This document shows positions 1 to 8,889 of a DNA stretch of 64,000 bases, piece after piece. A model generated the notes under the pieces. The model was not told the DNA's origin, made no database searches, and saw nothing but the letters and a program-made list of their open reading frames with translations. Origin of the DNA: Candidatus Nomurabacteria bacterium. Lineage in GTDB: Bacteria; Patescibacteriota; WWE3; UBA101185; UBA10185. The DNA lies in assembly GCA_020631855.1 (NCBI GenBank), contig JACKGU010000002.1, positions 22,569-86,568 of the forward strand, given 5' to 3'. A program made the position numbers and the translations under genes. Position 1 is the stretch's first letter, and each line of letters opens with the position of its first letter.

Positions 1-1077
1 AAAGCTCTCGAGAGCTGTCGAATTTTTGTAGCTACGCATGATTGCTGTGTAGTTCTCTTCTTTAATAATATCAATAAGATTCTGTCTGAGATCTCGATTA
101 AGACGCGAAAGATCGTGCAAAGGGTAGGTATCAATTATTTTTATCGAAGCAGGCGAAGCCCCGCTGTCCTGCTTCTGCCTTACGTATGCTAAGTTCTTTG
201 GGTAAAGGACCGTCGCGGTTTCGTCGGCAGCCAATTTTTGTTTTGTACCGGTGTATAGCCCTAGGGCCTTCTCAAAACTAACATGACGGCCTTTTGAATC
301 AGTGGCCGACTTTGCTTTTAATCCTCTTGCGTCCAAAATATCAACTGCGAAACCTGTCTCTACAAATATTCTTTCTAGACAAGTTGCAAATTCGCCAGAG
401 GTCCGAGAAAATTCTGCGTTTGCATATAGCCCAATTATTTCTTCGGCACTCATATTCTCGATAATATTCTCTTTTGCTATTTGTTCTTCAATCTGAATTA
501 GTGCGTATTCGGTAGCGGGTACTATACCTACGAGTCTGTCAGGACTGACCCCTAGTTTAGCGGCATCCCCCCTGATTCTTGGCGTTTCAGCTATTACATA
601 CCCAAGTAGTTTTGTAAGATATTGTGCTGCCCCTGCTTCTTGAAGCAATCTCCTGTTACTTAGTAGTTTATTTTTTAAAATTGTCAGCGTTTTTAATAGC
701 CTCTCCATGTCATCCTTTCTTGTATCAGCTTCGTGCGTTTCAGCTCTGGGGGTCGCTTCAACTAAAGTGTCATTTAATGGTAACCTATATAAAGCAGCAG
801 AATTTTGATTTAAGATAGTTCCCCCTGCACCATAAACCTTCGCGACTGTTGGACCCACTTTGTCACTTACTTTTTGGGTCAGTTCTACGGTGACACAAGT
901 AAGTCCGGTGCCTAGAATCAAGGCAGTTTCCCAGGGGTCGCCTTTAAAAGGAGGTTTTGGTTTGTTTCCTCTTTCAGGAAAGTTTGCATACTGACCAAAA
1001 TATCTGAGTGCCCTTGCTCCGGTCCCGTTGTTATCTTCTGTGCGCGGTTGTTCAAGAACTTCTGTGTCATTGGACAT
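1..1077 (-). CDS. hypothetical protein, partial (N-terminal ~358 codons; gene continues past window start)
   Basis: Own reverse-strand translation from ATG at 1075-1077 (MSNDTEVLEQPRTEDNNGTGARALRYFGQ...) stays open to position 1; absent from ORF track only because no stop lies inside the window; no family recognised. Confidence 0.45.
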   Translation of the reverse strand, partial: MSNDTEVLEQPRTEDNNGTGARALRYFGQYANFPERGNKPKPPFKGDPWETALILGTGLTCVTVELTQKVSDKVGPTVAKVYGAGGTILNQNSAALYRLPLNDTLVEATPRAETHEADTRKDDMERLLKTLTILKNKLLSNRRLLQEAGAAQYLTKLLGYVIAETPRIRGDAAKLGVSPDRLVGIVPATEYALIQIEEQIAKENIIENMSAEEIIGLYANAEFSRTSGEFATCLERIFVETGFAVDILDARGLKAKSATDSKGRHVSFEKALGLYTGTKQKLAADETATVLYPKNLAYVRQKQDSGASPASIKIIDTYPLHDLSRLNRDLRQNLIDIIKEENYTAIMRSYKNSTALESF

Positions 1078-1133
1078 GCTTGAATGATATAATTTATGAA
1101 CTAAAATGTTAAGGTTTCGCCCTGATCAAAGTA

Positions 1134-1796
1134 TTAGAAGGCAAGGCTATCCATCTGGTTCATGAAGTATTTTACACCTGATTTCCAATGCCCGTTGCTT
1201 GATGGTGTGTATATCGGCTCGATCTTATCAGGCGTGTCAGCACCTTTAGAGATGTATCCTTCGTACAATCCTTTTGATACAGTTCTAATACCGTCCTCAT
1301 AAGAAGTAAATTTACGAATATTTGACCCATAGATACCCCACCCATAGCAGTTGTATGAGCCCGGAATTATATTCTTGCAGAAAGTTGATTCAACCCCCGC
1401 TATTGAGGGAATTAATCTGTAGTCCATGTTGTATTCCTCGGAAACCTCTATGAACACTTCTACATAATCAATCAACGGAGAATTGTATTTAGCAAAGAAT
1501 TCTTGTAAATTCTGCCTCTTTATATCAGATATATTTACTGATTCAATAATGTGATCAGGCTGTTCAACGAAAGGCTCAAAAACACTTTCTTGTGCTTTTG
1601 CGGTTGTTATTTCAATCACCAGCATGCTTGCCCAAAGAATAACAAGCAACAAAAATCTGCCTCTATGGGATAGGTTTTTAAGTATTTTCGACCAGACGGT
1701 TGTAATGCCTAGGCCTCGTATAGGTACATCGCTTAGGTTAGTATTAGCGGCTTTATCTTTATGATTTTTTTTAACCTTTGTAGCATTTTTATTCAT
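1134..1796 (-). CDS. membrane-anchored GH73-like (glucosaminidase/FlgJ C-domain-like) peptidoglycan hydrolase
   Basis: 220 aa; N-terminal TM; motifs VESTFCKN...YNCYGWGIYGSNIRKFTSYEDGIRTVSKGL resemble the glucosaminidase ESGWG / NNLFGIK / F.SYE.SI pattern; paralog of 2397..3002. Confidence 0.55.
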   Translation of the reverse strand: MNKNATKVKKNHKDKAANTNLSDVPIRGLGITTVWSKILKNLSHRGRFLLLVILWASMLVIEITTAKAQESVFEPFVEQPDHIIESVNISDIKRQNLQEFFAKYNSPLIDYVEVFIEVSEEYNMDYRLIPSIAGVESTFCKNIIPGSYNCYGWGIYGSNIRKFTSYEDGIRTVSKGLYEGYISKGADTPDKIEPIYTPSSNGHWKSGVKYFMNQMDSLAF

Positions 1797-2176
1797 TTTA
1801 TATTTGCGTGCTTTGCCCTAACTACAAATATGTAGTGGGGGGTTTGACCCGCAGTAATAACCAAAACTATAAAGCGTGAATTTTATTTATATTAATCTGG
1901 TTGCAGGGATTTGCTTTTGTTTTCTATAAGGTTATTTGTGTAATAATAGCATAAAAAGGCTTTTTTGGCAAGCACTGGCCTTGTTTTTTAGGCAAAGCTT
2001 TCTATGATAAGAATTTCAGAATTCCGTTTTTCGAGCTAGTGTTTGGGGTTATCGGTGAGCATGGGTGCGCCGCGGGCTCGGCCCGTGGCGCACCCATTGC
2101 TTTAAACTTATAAAAATGGTAAAGTGCCAATATAAATTAGCAAATGCTAATTGTATAAATTTTAAAAGGAGAAACT

Positions 2177-2281
2177 ATGTCCTACAATTTCCCAACACCA
2201 TTAGTAGATAACCCAGACTCAGCTGTTACAGAATTTTCTAATTTCACTAAAGAACAGCTTGATTTTTGGAATTCTCTATAA
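2177..2281 (+). CDS. small ORF (34 aa) with strong SD, followed by intrinsic terminator
   Basis: AAAAGGAGAAACT-ATG spacing; MSYNFPTPLVDNPDSAVTEFSNFTKEQLDFWNSL; hairpin plus T-run at 2309-2343 directly downstream. Confidence 0.35.
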   Translation: MSYNFPTPLVDNPDSAVTEFSNFTKEQLDFWNSL

Positions 2282-2308
2282 TATCAGGGTTTTATATTTG
2301 TAGTCTTT

Positions 2309-2343
2309 GGGCCCCGCATCTGGATGCGGGGCTCATTTTTTTC
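2309..2343 (+). terminator. rho-independent terminator (GCCCCGCATC-tg-GATGCGGGGC then TTTTTTT)
   Basis: 10-bp GC-rich perfect stem 2311-2320/2323-2332 followed by T7 run. Confidence 0.6.
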
Positions 2344-2396
2344 CTTTAACGGTTTATGTATTTAAGTAACCAATGTTGTGAAGAGCAGTACCTTAT

Positions 2397-3002
2397 TTAA
2401 AAGTCTAAAATCTCATCTCTAAAAAAATTAACTCCTCTGCACCACGAGCCGTTCGATCCCGGAGTATAAACTTGCATTATGTCGCAGGTATCGGTTATAT
2501 CTTTCGAGTAAAAGGTTTGATGCAGATATTTGCTGACTACTTCTATACCATGGTCTATGTTGTCAAATGTTTTAGCGTTTTTCCCATAAATTGCCCACCC
2601 CCATAAATTATTTGTTGTCTCGCCGGCAGCATTAGTTGCAACATTTTTTCCGCAACTGGATTCTTGAAAAGCTATAGATGCGACTAGCCAATAAGGTATG
2701 TTGTTTTTATCTGCTTCGTCTACAAATTTTGCCCCATACCCTTGAATAGGACATTTATATTTTTTGAATACCCCCTCAAGTTTTTGTACTCTACTATCTT
2801 GCATAAATATTGCGTGGTCACTTACTCCCAATACTTTTGGCTGACTCCCTAGGTAAGCAAAAATGTTTGATGGTGCGGAGGCTTGGAGCATGGAGTTATT
2901 TAGATAGATAATTATAATTAGGGCAACTATAGTGGAAAAGATCAACCATGCAAAAGGCAGGGTCATTTTGAAAATTAATGTGTTTCGGGCAGTATTATTC
3001 AT
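2397..3002 (-). CDS. membrane-anchored GH73-like peptidoglycan hydrolase (paralog of 1134..1796)
   Basis: 201 aa; N-terminal TM; FQESSCGKN...NNLWGWAIYGKNAKTFDNIDHGIEVVSKYL matches glucosaminidase motifs and aligns with upstream paralog. Confidence 0.55.
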   Translation of the reverse strand: MNNTARNTLIFKMTLPFAWLIFSTIVALIIIIYLNNSMLQASAPSNIFAYLGSQPKVLGVSDHAIFMQDSRVQKLEGVFKKYKCPIQGYGAKFVDEADKNNIPYWLVASIAFQESSCGKNVATNAAGETTNNLWGWAIYGKNAKTFDNIDHGIEVVSKYLHQTFYSKDITDTCDIMQVYTPGSNGSWCRGVNFFRDEILDF

Positions 3003-3093
3003 TTTTTTTCTATTTTCTTTTTCTCTTCTATATTCTCTCTATTTTTCTTTGCGCTTTTGTTGTTGGCCTCTTTTTTAAAGCGGTGTCTGTATC

Positions 3094-3624
3094 TCAGCTG
3101 ATATTAAATAAAGTGGCTATAATAAATCCTATCACGGCTGCGCTACCTGCAACAACAACCATTCTAATTGCAGCTTTAATTTTTTTTGTAGGGATATATC
3201 CCAAAATAAAGAGAGCAACAAGCGTGGCCCCTAAAGATACTATCTTTGCGTAAGGGCCTGAAATAAGAACATAGGGTGTGATTGGTATTAGGCCGAACAA
3301 AAAATATGAGGAAAACATTAAAAGACCGTCTATCGCAGGTTTATCCTGATAGCTTTTTTTACTTAGTTCGTGTGTGGACGTTTCCGTTAAAAAAGCTCCC
3401 GCGCCCATAGACAAGGCTTCAACTGAAATAACAATTAGTCCTGTCATTAAAATTTGTGATTGATCTATTGTTTGTGCTGAGCTTGCTACTCCGAACAAGA
3501 CCCCTACAGTTGAAACGAGGCTGTCTTCTGCCCCGAAAAGTATATTTCTAAAATATCCCGTATTTTTTATCACTCTCATACTACGCTGTTGTTTTTTTAA
3601 CGCAAAGCTTTTGATATAAGACAT
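3094..3624 (-). CDS. VIT1/CCC1-family (DUF125) membrane protein, putative Fe/Mn transporter
   Basis: 176 aa; GAEDSLVSTVGVLFGVASS resembles GANDGLVST motif of VIT family; multiple TM helices. Confidence 0.45.
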   Translation of the reverse strand: MSYIKSFALKKQQRSMRVIKNTGYFRNILFGAEDSLVSTVGVLFGVASSAQTIDQSQILMTGLIVISVEALSMGAGAFLTETSTHELSKKSYQDKPAIDGLLMFSSYFLFGLIPITPYVLISGPYAKIVSLGATLVALFILGYIPTKKIKAAIRMVVVAGSAAVIGFIIATLFNIS

Positions 3625-3638
3625 TTTTTTTATGTTCT

Positions 3639-3920
3639 TTAATCAATTACTTCAACACCTTTCCAAAATGCGATATAGTTTTTTATTTGCTGAGCTTCGC
3701 TTGTTGGTTTAGGATAATACCAGGCGGCGTCCTCGTTAATTCTGTTATTTACTATAATGCTGTAGTAGCTTGCCTCTCCTTTGTTGGTCTGCATTGTGCG
3801 CGTAGGGCTAGGCTTTAAGAACTCTTTATTAACTGAATCGTGAGGAAAATAGTGATTCCCTTCCACCACTATTGTCTCGTCACTTTCGGCTATTATTTCT
3901 CCGTTCCAAATCGCTTTCAT
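3639..3920 (-). CDS. DUF427 domain protein
   Basis: 93 aa; GNHYFP...ASYYSI.V...DAAWYYP...IAFWKGVEV pattern typical of DUF427. Confidence 0.55.
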   Translation of the reverse strand: MKAIWNGEIIAESDETIVVEGNHYFPHDSVNKEFLKPSPTRTMQTNKGEASYYSIIVNNRINEDAAWYYPKPTSEAQQIKNYIAFWKGVEVID

Positions 3921-3936
3921 AGTTTAGATAATTATA

Positions 3937-5433
3937 TCACCTATCGTGGTTCTTGAGTTTAATACTTAGCATGGTAAATAAGAGCACCGCTGACACAAAC
4001 TGAATTTGCATTCTCATTCCCAGGATTATTGCAAAATATGCCAGCAATAATATTAAAGTTTTTTGTGTGCTTTTCACATTTAGTTTAATGTTTTGTAAAA
4101 AGCCTAAACCAATAACTGATATTACAAACCAACTCAGGTAGTTAAGCACAGGTGCTGTAAAAACTGTTGGGTTGTTCCAAATCCACAGCTGCTTAATTTC
4201 CGCAAACTTTTCAAGTATCAGATCGATAAGAATTATTAATATCGCAGCGTTGAATTTATCGGAGAAAAAAGATTTAGCAGATAAAATTATAAAAAGCCAA
4301 GCAAGAGGAATAAAAAGCGGGACACCAAATAAACCAAATTCTCTCATTTCATAGTTGTATGTATATTGACCAAACGGCAAACCGGTTTTTTGCCCTACCG
4401 CTTCTACTAAAAGAAGCAAAGCACCCAACAAGAAAAGTTTTTGCAAAATTTTTGTATTTTGTTGATTTCGCTCTTTCTCGTTATTAATTTGAGAAAAATT
4501 TATGCTTGTCGTCACTGCCGCAGCAAAAATAATAAATATCACTACTCCATTTATAGATTGAGAAAATTCAATATTTAGTAGATCAAACAGGACATCAAAA
4601 AATAAGAGAGTCGCTATAAAAATTGTGGCCGGATTGCTTTTTTCCCATACATTTTTTGTAGCGTCACTTTTTAACGCGTTTTTTATTTTTGATTTCTTTT
4701 CAAACCCTTCCTGTGTTTTTTGCTCGTTTGATTCGTCTTTATACCAAAAGCTCAGTTCGCTCTTGTTTTTTCCTACCGGCCTGCCGTTAATTGCCGCTAT
4801 CAGCTGTGTAATAAATTTCAAGATATCGTTGTTTGACTCTTTGGTGAACTTTCTGTTGCTGGATTCAACAGGAATCCATAAAACCTCTACTGACTGTCTC
4901 CCGTATTGTTTTTTTAATCTTCTTAGTAAATCAATCTCTTCAAATGCATAGTAGTTGTCGTCGAAACCGTTTACTTTTTCAAACGCCTCTTTCTTAATTG
5001 CAATATATTGGCCAACGCCCAAGCTAAAAATTCTAGATAGCAGGTTGTAAAACCAAACAAGTCTAGTCAGAGCTCCGGGATACTCTGCAAAAGATGTTAT
5101 GGACGACACACAAACTTTTTCTTGTTTGAGTTTTGAAAGCGATGTTTGTAGTATTTTTATATTTAATATACTGTCGGCATCAATGAATATTATCTTATCT
5201 CCCAGGGCGTTCTTTGCACCAAGATTTCTTGTTTTTGCAATTCCCCTTTCGGCTTGGAAAAAGACTTTGCAATTTAAAGAAAGTGCGATTTGTGCTGTTT
5301 TATCTGTTGAACAGTTATTTACTACAATTATTTCATATGGTTCTTCAATATTTGCGCAGGTTTCTCTTATGCTGTTAATGCAGTGCGGGAGGTACTCTTC
5401 TTCGTTGTATGCCGGTATTATAAAGCTAATCAT
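3937..5433 (-). CDS. GT2 glycosyltransferase fused to C-terminal polytopic membrane domain (possibly CruF/Caroten_synth-like)
   Basis: 498 aa; N-terminal IIPAYNEEEYL...DAD GT2-A fold motifs; C-terminal ~250 aa with about 6 TM helices; 21 nt upstream of CrtI-like gene on same strand. Confidence 0.5.
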   Translation of the reverse strand: MISFIIPAYNEEEYLPHCINSIRETCANIEEPYEIIVVNNCSTDKTAQIALSLNCKVFFQAERGIAKTRNLGAKNALGDKIIFIDADSILNIKILQTSLSKLKQEKVCVSSITSFAEYPGALTRLVWFYNLLSRIFSLGVGQYIAIKKEAFEKVNGFDDNYYAFEEIDLLRRLKKQYGRQSVEVLWIPVESSNRKFTKESNNDILKFITQLIAAINGRPVGKNKSELSFWYKDESNEQKTQEGFEKKSKIKNALKSDATKNVWEKSNPATIFIATLLFFDVLFDLLNIEFSQSINGVVIFIIFAAAVTTSINFSQINNEKERNQQNTKILQKLFLLGALLLLVEAVGQKTGLPFGQYTYNYEMREFGLFGVPLFIPLAWLFIILSAKSFFSDKFNAAILIILIDLILEKFAEIKQLWIWNNPTVFTAPVLNYLSWFVISVIGLGFLQNIKLNVKSTQKTLILLLAYFAIILGMRMQIQFVSAVLLFTMLSIKLKNHDR

Positions 5434-5454
5434 TGTTTTTATTTGGTAACTTAT

Positions 5455-6903
5455 TTAATTTGAACTCAAAATATTTTTAGCTGCAAATCTTCCCGATAGG
5501 GCTGCCATTGGTAATCCTGCCCCCGGTTGTACTGTAGCACCGGCATAATACAGGTTTTTAATCCTTTTGTCGACAGTTATAGGATTAAAGAGGTTGAAAA
5601 GTATTTTGTCGTCTGTTGCGCCGAATAGCCCCCCTAAATAGTTGTTGTGTTCGTTATCAAAATATAAAGGGGTTTGCTTCCGGATGGCCTTAATTGAGTC
5701 GGGATTGATTTTTATGTCGTATTGTTTTATTAAATCAAATACATAAGGTTTCATCTTTGTTTCAAAGTTTTTCCAGTCAATTCCGTTTTCTATTGCCGGA
5801 GATGAGACTACAAAAAATAAGTTTTGCCGATCTTCAGGGGCATTAATATAGACGGTGGGATTTTTCGGTATCTGCCTTTTTAAGTGTACTTGCGAGTATT
5901 GCTCCCTGTATTCGGTGTTTAGCAGCAAATTATGGTGCAGAAGTATTTTTGGTTTTTCTGACACGCCGATTTGTAAGGAGAAATAGGAATGGGAGGGGGT
6001 TTTTATTAAATTTTTACTGGGCGAGTTATTTATGTGTTTAAGGTATTTGGTTTGAAGTGTTGCATAATCGATGTTTGATACAAAGTAGTCGGCATAAAAG
6101 TCCCCCTTGTTTGTAACAACCTTTTTTATTTTTTTGCCCTCTTTCTCTATAGCCAATAGTTCGGTGCCGGTGCGTATCTCTACGCCTAGAAGTTTTAAAA
6201 CAGCTTCATATGCCTCAATAATTTTAGAAACACCGCCTTTAGGATAAAAAACTCCATACTTAACCATTATGTAGGGGATCATAAAAGCTTCCGGGCTAGG
6301 TTGTGTAAATTTTTTCCCTCCATAGCCCGGAAAATCGTAAAAAAATGCTTTAAGGATCGGATTTTTAAATACCCTTTCTACAATAGAATCATATGGCCCA
6401 ACTAAAGAAGACGCCCTTAGAAAATTTTTATTTGCCATGCTTAATACAGACTTAATGTCGTGTTTAAAAACAGTTTCCAGAGTTGCCTTGTATGCGCTTT
6501 CACAACTTTCCATAATTTTTTTATATGCGTTGTAATCTTCGGGAAAACTCTGTCTTATAAATTGTAGATTTTTTTCTAAACCGGCCGGAAAGTCGTAGTA
6601 TTTTTCGTAGGTGTGGATTCTGAAGATCGGATCAAGTTCAGTAAAAGTTATATAGTCGTCAAGTATAAACCCGGCATCTTTAAATTGCTTTTCATAGATT
6701 GTTTTAAGTATTAGTATTGAGGGCCCCGGATCAAAGGAAAAATCACCTACATTTACATTGCTCGCCTTGCCCCCAAGAACCCGACCTTTTTCAAGCAAGG
6801 TTACTGAGTAGCCTTTTGACGCGAGATCCAGCGCGCATGACATCCCGCCTAATCCCCCTCCCACTACACACACTTTTTTTAGTGCCATTAATTTATTATA
6901 CAT
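5455..6903 (-). CDS. FAD-dependent oxidoreductase, phytoene desaturase (CrtI/CrtD) family
   Basis: 482 aa; N-terminal dinucleotide-binding VCVVGGGLGGMSCALDLASKGYSVTLLEKGRVLGGKA; C-terminal LYYAGATVQPGAGLPMA typical of CrtI family. Confidence 0.6.
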   Translation of the reverse strand: MYNKLMALKKVCVVGGGLGGMSCALDLASKGYSVTLLEKGRVLGGKASNVNVGDFSFDPGPSILILKTIYEKQFKDAGFILDDYITFTELDPIFRIHTYEKYYDFPAGLEKNLQFIRQSFPEDYNAYKKIMESCESAYKATLETVFKHDIKSVLSMANKNFLRASSLVGPYDSIVERVFKNPILKAFFYDFPGYGGKKFTQPSPEAFMIPYIMVKYGVFYPKGGVSKIIEAYEAVLKLLGVEIRTGTELLAIEKEGKKIKKVVTNKGDFYADYFVSNIDYATLQTKYLKHINNSPSKNLIKTPSHSYFSLQIGVSEKPKILLHHNLLLNTEYREQYSQVHLKRQIPKNPTVYINAPEDRQNLFFVVSSPAIENGIDWKNFETKMKPYVFDLIKQYDIKINPDSIKAIRKQTPLYFDNEHNNYLGGLFGATDDKILFNLFNPITVDKRIKNLYYAGATVQPGAGLPMAALSGRFAAKNILSSN

Positions 6904-6941
6904 TAAGCTGGCAGAGAAAATTTATATTGTGTTACCTAAAA

Positions 6942-7042
6942 AGACTTGTGTATGCTAGTAGACGCAGATTACCTAATATGTTGAGCTTAGCAATGCAAAG
7001 AGATTACAGCAAACTACTTGTGTAAGCAGGAAACGGTCGATA
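6942..7042 (+). repeat. ~100-nt intergenic repeat element, copy A (divergent 3' end)
   Basis: Aligns to copies at 14459-14556, 21855-21954(-), 58410-58508, 63661-63757; shared AGCTAGTAGACGCAG...ATTACAGCAAAC core. Confidence 0.55.
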
Positions 7043-7090
7043 TTATTTTGGCTGTCTATCGTTGTTTGGACGTGTTAGACTAAGCTTAAG

Positions 7091-8872
7091 ATGAATTACC
7101 TACCCATCTCATTTCTTTCCGGAGTATTAACGTTGCTTGCTCCGTGTGTTTTACCTATATTGCCCGTTGTATTGGGAAGTGCCTTAAATAATTCTCACAG
7201 CAGGCTCAGGCCTTTTACGGTGATAGGTTCGCTCGGCGTCTCTATAGTTGTATTTACGTTGTTACTGAAGTTCTCTACCTCTTTTATAAACGTAGATCCT
7301 TTAGCATGGACTTTACTTTCCGGAGGGATATTTATTTTTTTTGGATTAATAACTTTTTTCCCCCAAATCTGGGATTTTATTGAAATAAAATTAAGCATTG
7401 GCTCGGCTTCTGGTACTGTTTTACAAAAAACCGTTTCTAAAAAAGGTTTCTTTGGAGATGTTTTACTTGGTGCTGCACTGGGGCCTGTGTTTTCAAGCTG
7501 CAGCCCAACTTATTTTGTTATCTTGGCGGTTGTGTTGCCTCAAAGTTTCTGGATTGGTTTACTCAATCTTATTTTTTATGCAGCTGGTCTGGTTTTAGTA
7601 TTTAGTTTTGTTGGTTTGTTGGGGCAAAGGTATCTGAGGCAAATAAAGTGGATCTCAAACCCCAAAGGCTACTTTAAAAAAGTACTGGGTGCGACTTTTA
7701 TTATTTTGGGAATTTTTATAATAGCAGGGATCGACAAGAAAGTTGAAACTTACATACTAGATTTAGGTTTTTTGGATATAACTAATTTTGAGACAATGCT
7801 ATTATCTAAACTAGAGAGAGAGTCTCCAAATAAAGACATTTTTACACAGGAGGATAGTAAAATGAAAAATCAAGAGATCATGCTAAACGTTAAATACCCC
7901 TATAAGGCACCTTCTTTTGTCGGCTTAACTTCTTGGTTTAATTCCGAACCGTTGGAGTTAGAAGATTTAAAAGGAAAAGTTGTGATAGTGGATTTTTGGA
8001 CATATAGCTGTATTAATTGTATTAGAACACTTCCCTATCTTGAGAAATGGCACGAAAAATATTCTGGACAAGGGCTGGTTATAATAGGGGTACACTCCCC
8101 TGAATTTGTTTTTGAAAAAGTACCGGATAATGTTGAAGGCGCGGTTAAAAAATATGGACTGCAGTACCCAATTGCTTTAGACAGCGACTTCAAAACATGG
8201 CGGGCATATGATAACCACTATTGGCCTGCGAAATATTTTATTGATAAGGATGGAAAAGTTAGGCACACCCATTTTGGAGAAGGCGCGTATGAGGAAAGCG
8301 AGCTTATAATAAGACAGTTACTCGGAGAACTGAATGAAGGCAGCGTGCTTGATGATGAATTGGTATCTGAGAATAAAGTTTCTGGTAGTGTTTCTTCTAA
8401 ACAAAGCCCTGAGACATATTTGAATTATGAAAGAGGCGCAAATTTATCGCCGGTGAATGCTAACGAATTTGCTGCTGATAAAGAGGTTTTTTATTCCATT
8501 CAGACAAAATTGAGTAGAAACGAGTGGTCTTTAGGTGGGACATGGCTTATGGGGGCGGATCATTCTGAGGCTAGGGCTGAAGGCGCTAAGCTTAAATACA
8601 ATTTCTCAGCTAAAGAAGTGTATTTAGTGATGGGGCCTAGTTCTATTAAGTCTGCGGACGCGCCCAAATCATATAAAGTTAAGGTTTTCTTAAACGGAGA
8701 GGCAATAAATGTTGAAGAGGCGGGAAGCTCCGTAAACTCCGATGGCATTGTGATAGTAGATCGGCATGATCTATATAAGCTTGTGAATTTGCCTGAATTT
8801 GCATCTGATCAAATATTAGAGTTGCAATTTGATTCGGGGGTGGAGGTAAATGCATTTACTTTCGGTAGTTAG
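7091..8872 (+). CDS. CcdA/DsbD-type membrane domain fused to TlpA/ResA-like thioredoxin domain plus C-terminal extension
   Basis: 593 aa; N-terminal LLAPCVLPILP CcdA cysteine motif with 6 TM; central WTYSCINCIRTLPYLEKW CxxC thioredoxin fold; about 200-aa C-terminal domain of unknown function. Confidence 0.6.
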   Translation: MNYLPISFLSGVLTLLAPCVLPILPVVLGSALNNSHSRLRPFTVIGSLGVSIVVFTLLLKFSTSFINVDPLAWTLLSGGIFIFFGLITFFPQIWDFIEIKLSIGSASGTVLQKTVSKKGFFGDVLLGAALGPVFSSCSPTYFVILAVVLPQSFWIGLLNLIFYAAGLVLVFSFVGLLGQRYLRQIKWISNPKGYFKKVLGATFIILGIFIIAGIDKKVETYILDLGFLDITNFETMLLSKLERESPNKDIFTQEDSKMKNQEIMLNVKYPYKAPSFVGLTSWFNSEPLELEDLKGKVVIVDFWTYSCINCIRTLPYLEKWHEKYSGQGLVIIGVHSPEFVFEKVPDNVEGAVKKYGLQYPIALDSDFKTWRAYDNHYWPAKYFIDKDGKVRHTHFGEGAYEESELIIRQLLGELNEGSVLDDELVSENKVSGSVSSKQSPETYLNYERGANLSPVNANEFAADKEVFYSIQTKLSRNEWSLGGTWLMGADHSEARAEGAKLKYNFSAKEVYLVMGPSSIKSADAPKSYKVKVFLNGEAINVEEAGSSVNSDGIVIVDRHDLYKLVNLPEFASDQILELQFDSGVEVNAFTFGS

Positions 8873-8889
8873 TTTAAGACCCCAGACAA

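Noticed and set aside
2057-2099. GC hairpin as an intrinsic terminator
   Set aside because: No U-tract on either strand after the stem. Kept only as an unexplained structured element.
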